From: Mobula hypostoma
Taxonomy: Eukaryota
DNA length: 64,000 bases
Reading direction: 5' to 3'
Assembly (NCBI RefSeq): GCF_963921235.1
Contig: NC_086109.1
Span: forward strand, 37,450,001-37,514,000
Shown: piece by piece, positions 62,380-64,000 of the stretch
Numbering within the stretch: the first letter of the stretch is position 1
How the letters are laid out: each line of letters opens with the position of its first letter
Notes under the pieces: model-generated
Told to the model about the DNA's origin: nothing
Seen by the model: the letters and a program-made list of their open reading frames with translations, nothing else
Databases searched by the model: none
Position numbers and translations under genes: made by a program

Positions 62380-63300
62380 GGAAAGAGAAACCCAGGAACA
62401 TCAAGTTATTGGCAGTGTAGGCTTTCAACTCTCCAGATCCTGATGGAATTCACCCTAGTGTCTTAAAAGCAAAAACTAGTGAAATAATTTGTGCATTGGC
62501 ATTAATTTGCCAAAATTCCTTAGATACATTGTAATGGCAGATGTAGGATTAATAAAAGATCTTGTAGCTGATGATCCTTAGGGAGCAGAGAGTGACTGCC
62601 CAAATAAGATTGAAGGCAAACGATCCAAGTCCAAATGCTTAAATTTGGACACTACACAAGTATGAAGGAAGAGTTCTCTGAAGTAAACACAGAGAGAATA
62701 TTACAAAAGGATAGGTTAGTAGATGAGCAATGAGCAAAGATGAGCTATGTTATAATGCTCAGCAGCAATTTATCCCAGTGAGAAAGATAAATCTTCTGCA
62801 GCAAAATATCTAGGAACGGAACAAAAGCTTGTGGTGGATTGGAGGAATAAAAATTATTCAGGAATCTTCTAAGAGAAACCAAAAAGCTAATAAGAAGGAA
62901 GAAAATTGTTTATGATAGTAAACTGACAGGTAACACAAATTGGATATACCAAATATTTAGAAAAATGGTAGCAAAAGCAATTGTAGCACTCCTGTAAAGT
63001 GAGTCTGGGGAACTAATAACAGGAAACAAAAAAATGATAGTTAAATTAAATTGATGCCAGACTGTGTGGTGAAGAGCACCGCAAATATCCTAAGGTTAAC
63101 AGGAGGCAATAATATTCTAACAATTCAGAACAAGGCGGCTAAAGTATTGAAGATCTGTTAAAAGATAAAAAGATAAAAAGATAGTCAAATCACATAATCC
63201 AGTGGATCTACATCCAGTAGCTTTAAATGAAATGGCTGTAGAGATCATAGAGCATTTTGCTGAATTTTTTTTCCCCAAAACTCACCAAGTTGTGGGAAGG
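62380..63300 (+). mobile_element. Old, heavily decayed CR1 fragments
   Basis: SPDPDGIHPSVLK-like remnant at ~62430 and a similar remnant at ~63200. Confidence 0.5.
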
Positions 63301-64000
63301 ATATTTAAAGGAATATTCAGGAAGCATAGTTAAAACCACATGGATAAGGACCCAGAAAGAATAAATAGGGAAATTAATTATCTATTGTTGATATAATGCT
63401 GAAGTTTATATGCAATGAAGAAATAGTTGGTTATTTAAAAGATGACGAAGTCTTCAATCTGAAACTTAGCTCTGCTTCCTTTTCCACAGATGCTGAATGA
63501 TCTGCTAAGTGTTTTCGCCATTTATATTTTCAGATTTCCAGCCCCTGCACTGATCTTAATATAGCAAATGAAAATCAAAAATGATTTGAAAACTGTTTTA
63601 TCATGTGGGATACAGAGAACATTTTAAAACAGATATTTCAAATGCTCAATTTTTCTCCTTTTGAAATAGTTATTTATTAACTTTTAGTGTGGTTTTATTT
63701 GATCAACTAAACATTCCCAAGATATCAACACACAAACACGAGGAAATCTGCAGATGCTGGAATTTCAAGATATATCGTACTTCTAATGTTTTACATATTG
63801 AGAACAGAAATAAAACAAGCAGAGTCAATGGATAGACCGGAGAGATGGAAAATGATAAAATGCTAGCAAACTCAGTTAAGAGACAAAGCAATGGAAAGAA
63901 AGGCACTCCAGTGAGATAGGACCATTGATGATTCTTCAACCAGTGAGACTATGTCAGCCAGAGTGAATACAATGCATATAAAGCTTTATCAGGCTCATCA

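Noticed and set aside
51659..64000. Search for ARL8 exon 1 (N-terminal helix and P-loop GLQYSGKT) and promoter CpG island
   Set aside because: Not found; the GC-rich patch at 52780-52920 lies inside a TA-flanked MITE.

Overview
Eukaryotic, repeat-rich vertebrate DNA. The repeat complement (abundant CR1 LINEs, Penelope-like elements, tRNA-derived SINEs, Tc1/Tigger/mariner) suggests a cartilaginous fish; that is an inference. One host gene is visible: an ARL8-family small GTPase (most ARL8A-like) on the minus strand. Coding exons 2-7 lie at 51578-51658, 49799-49872, 46900-46993, 25313-25380, 20676-20746 and 15806-15855, all GT-AG and phase-consistent; exon 1 was not found and probably lies beyond 64000. 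A ~1.9 kb 3'UTR ends near an AATAAA at 13887-13892. Most of the rest is decayed and often nested mobile DNA. The main hidden signal is a dispersed family of minimal hammerhead-ribozyme motifs (CAGUC-CUGANGA-A-stem II-GAAACGUC-GACUG) in the terminal repeats of the Penelope-like elements; three copies lie in sense orientation within ARL8 introns. Other signals: a Tigger4-like transposon carrying a segment that resembles mammalian MER2 (possible horizontal transfer, recognised from memory), fold-back MITEs, templated junction hairpins, a 40-bp stem-loop micro-insertion, and two candidate cryptic ARL8 exons. No rRNA, true tRNA or CRISPR features are supported. TE boundaries without a stated TSD/TIR are approximate.
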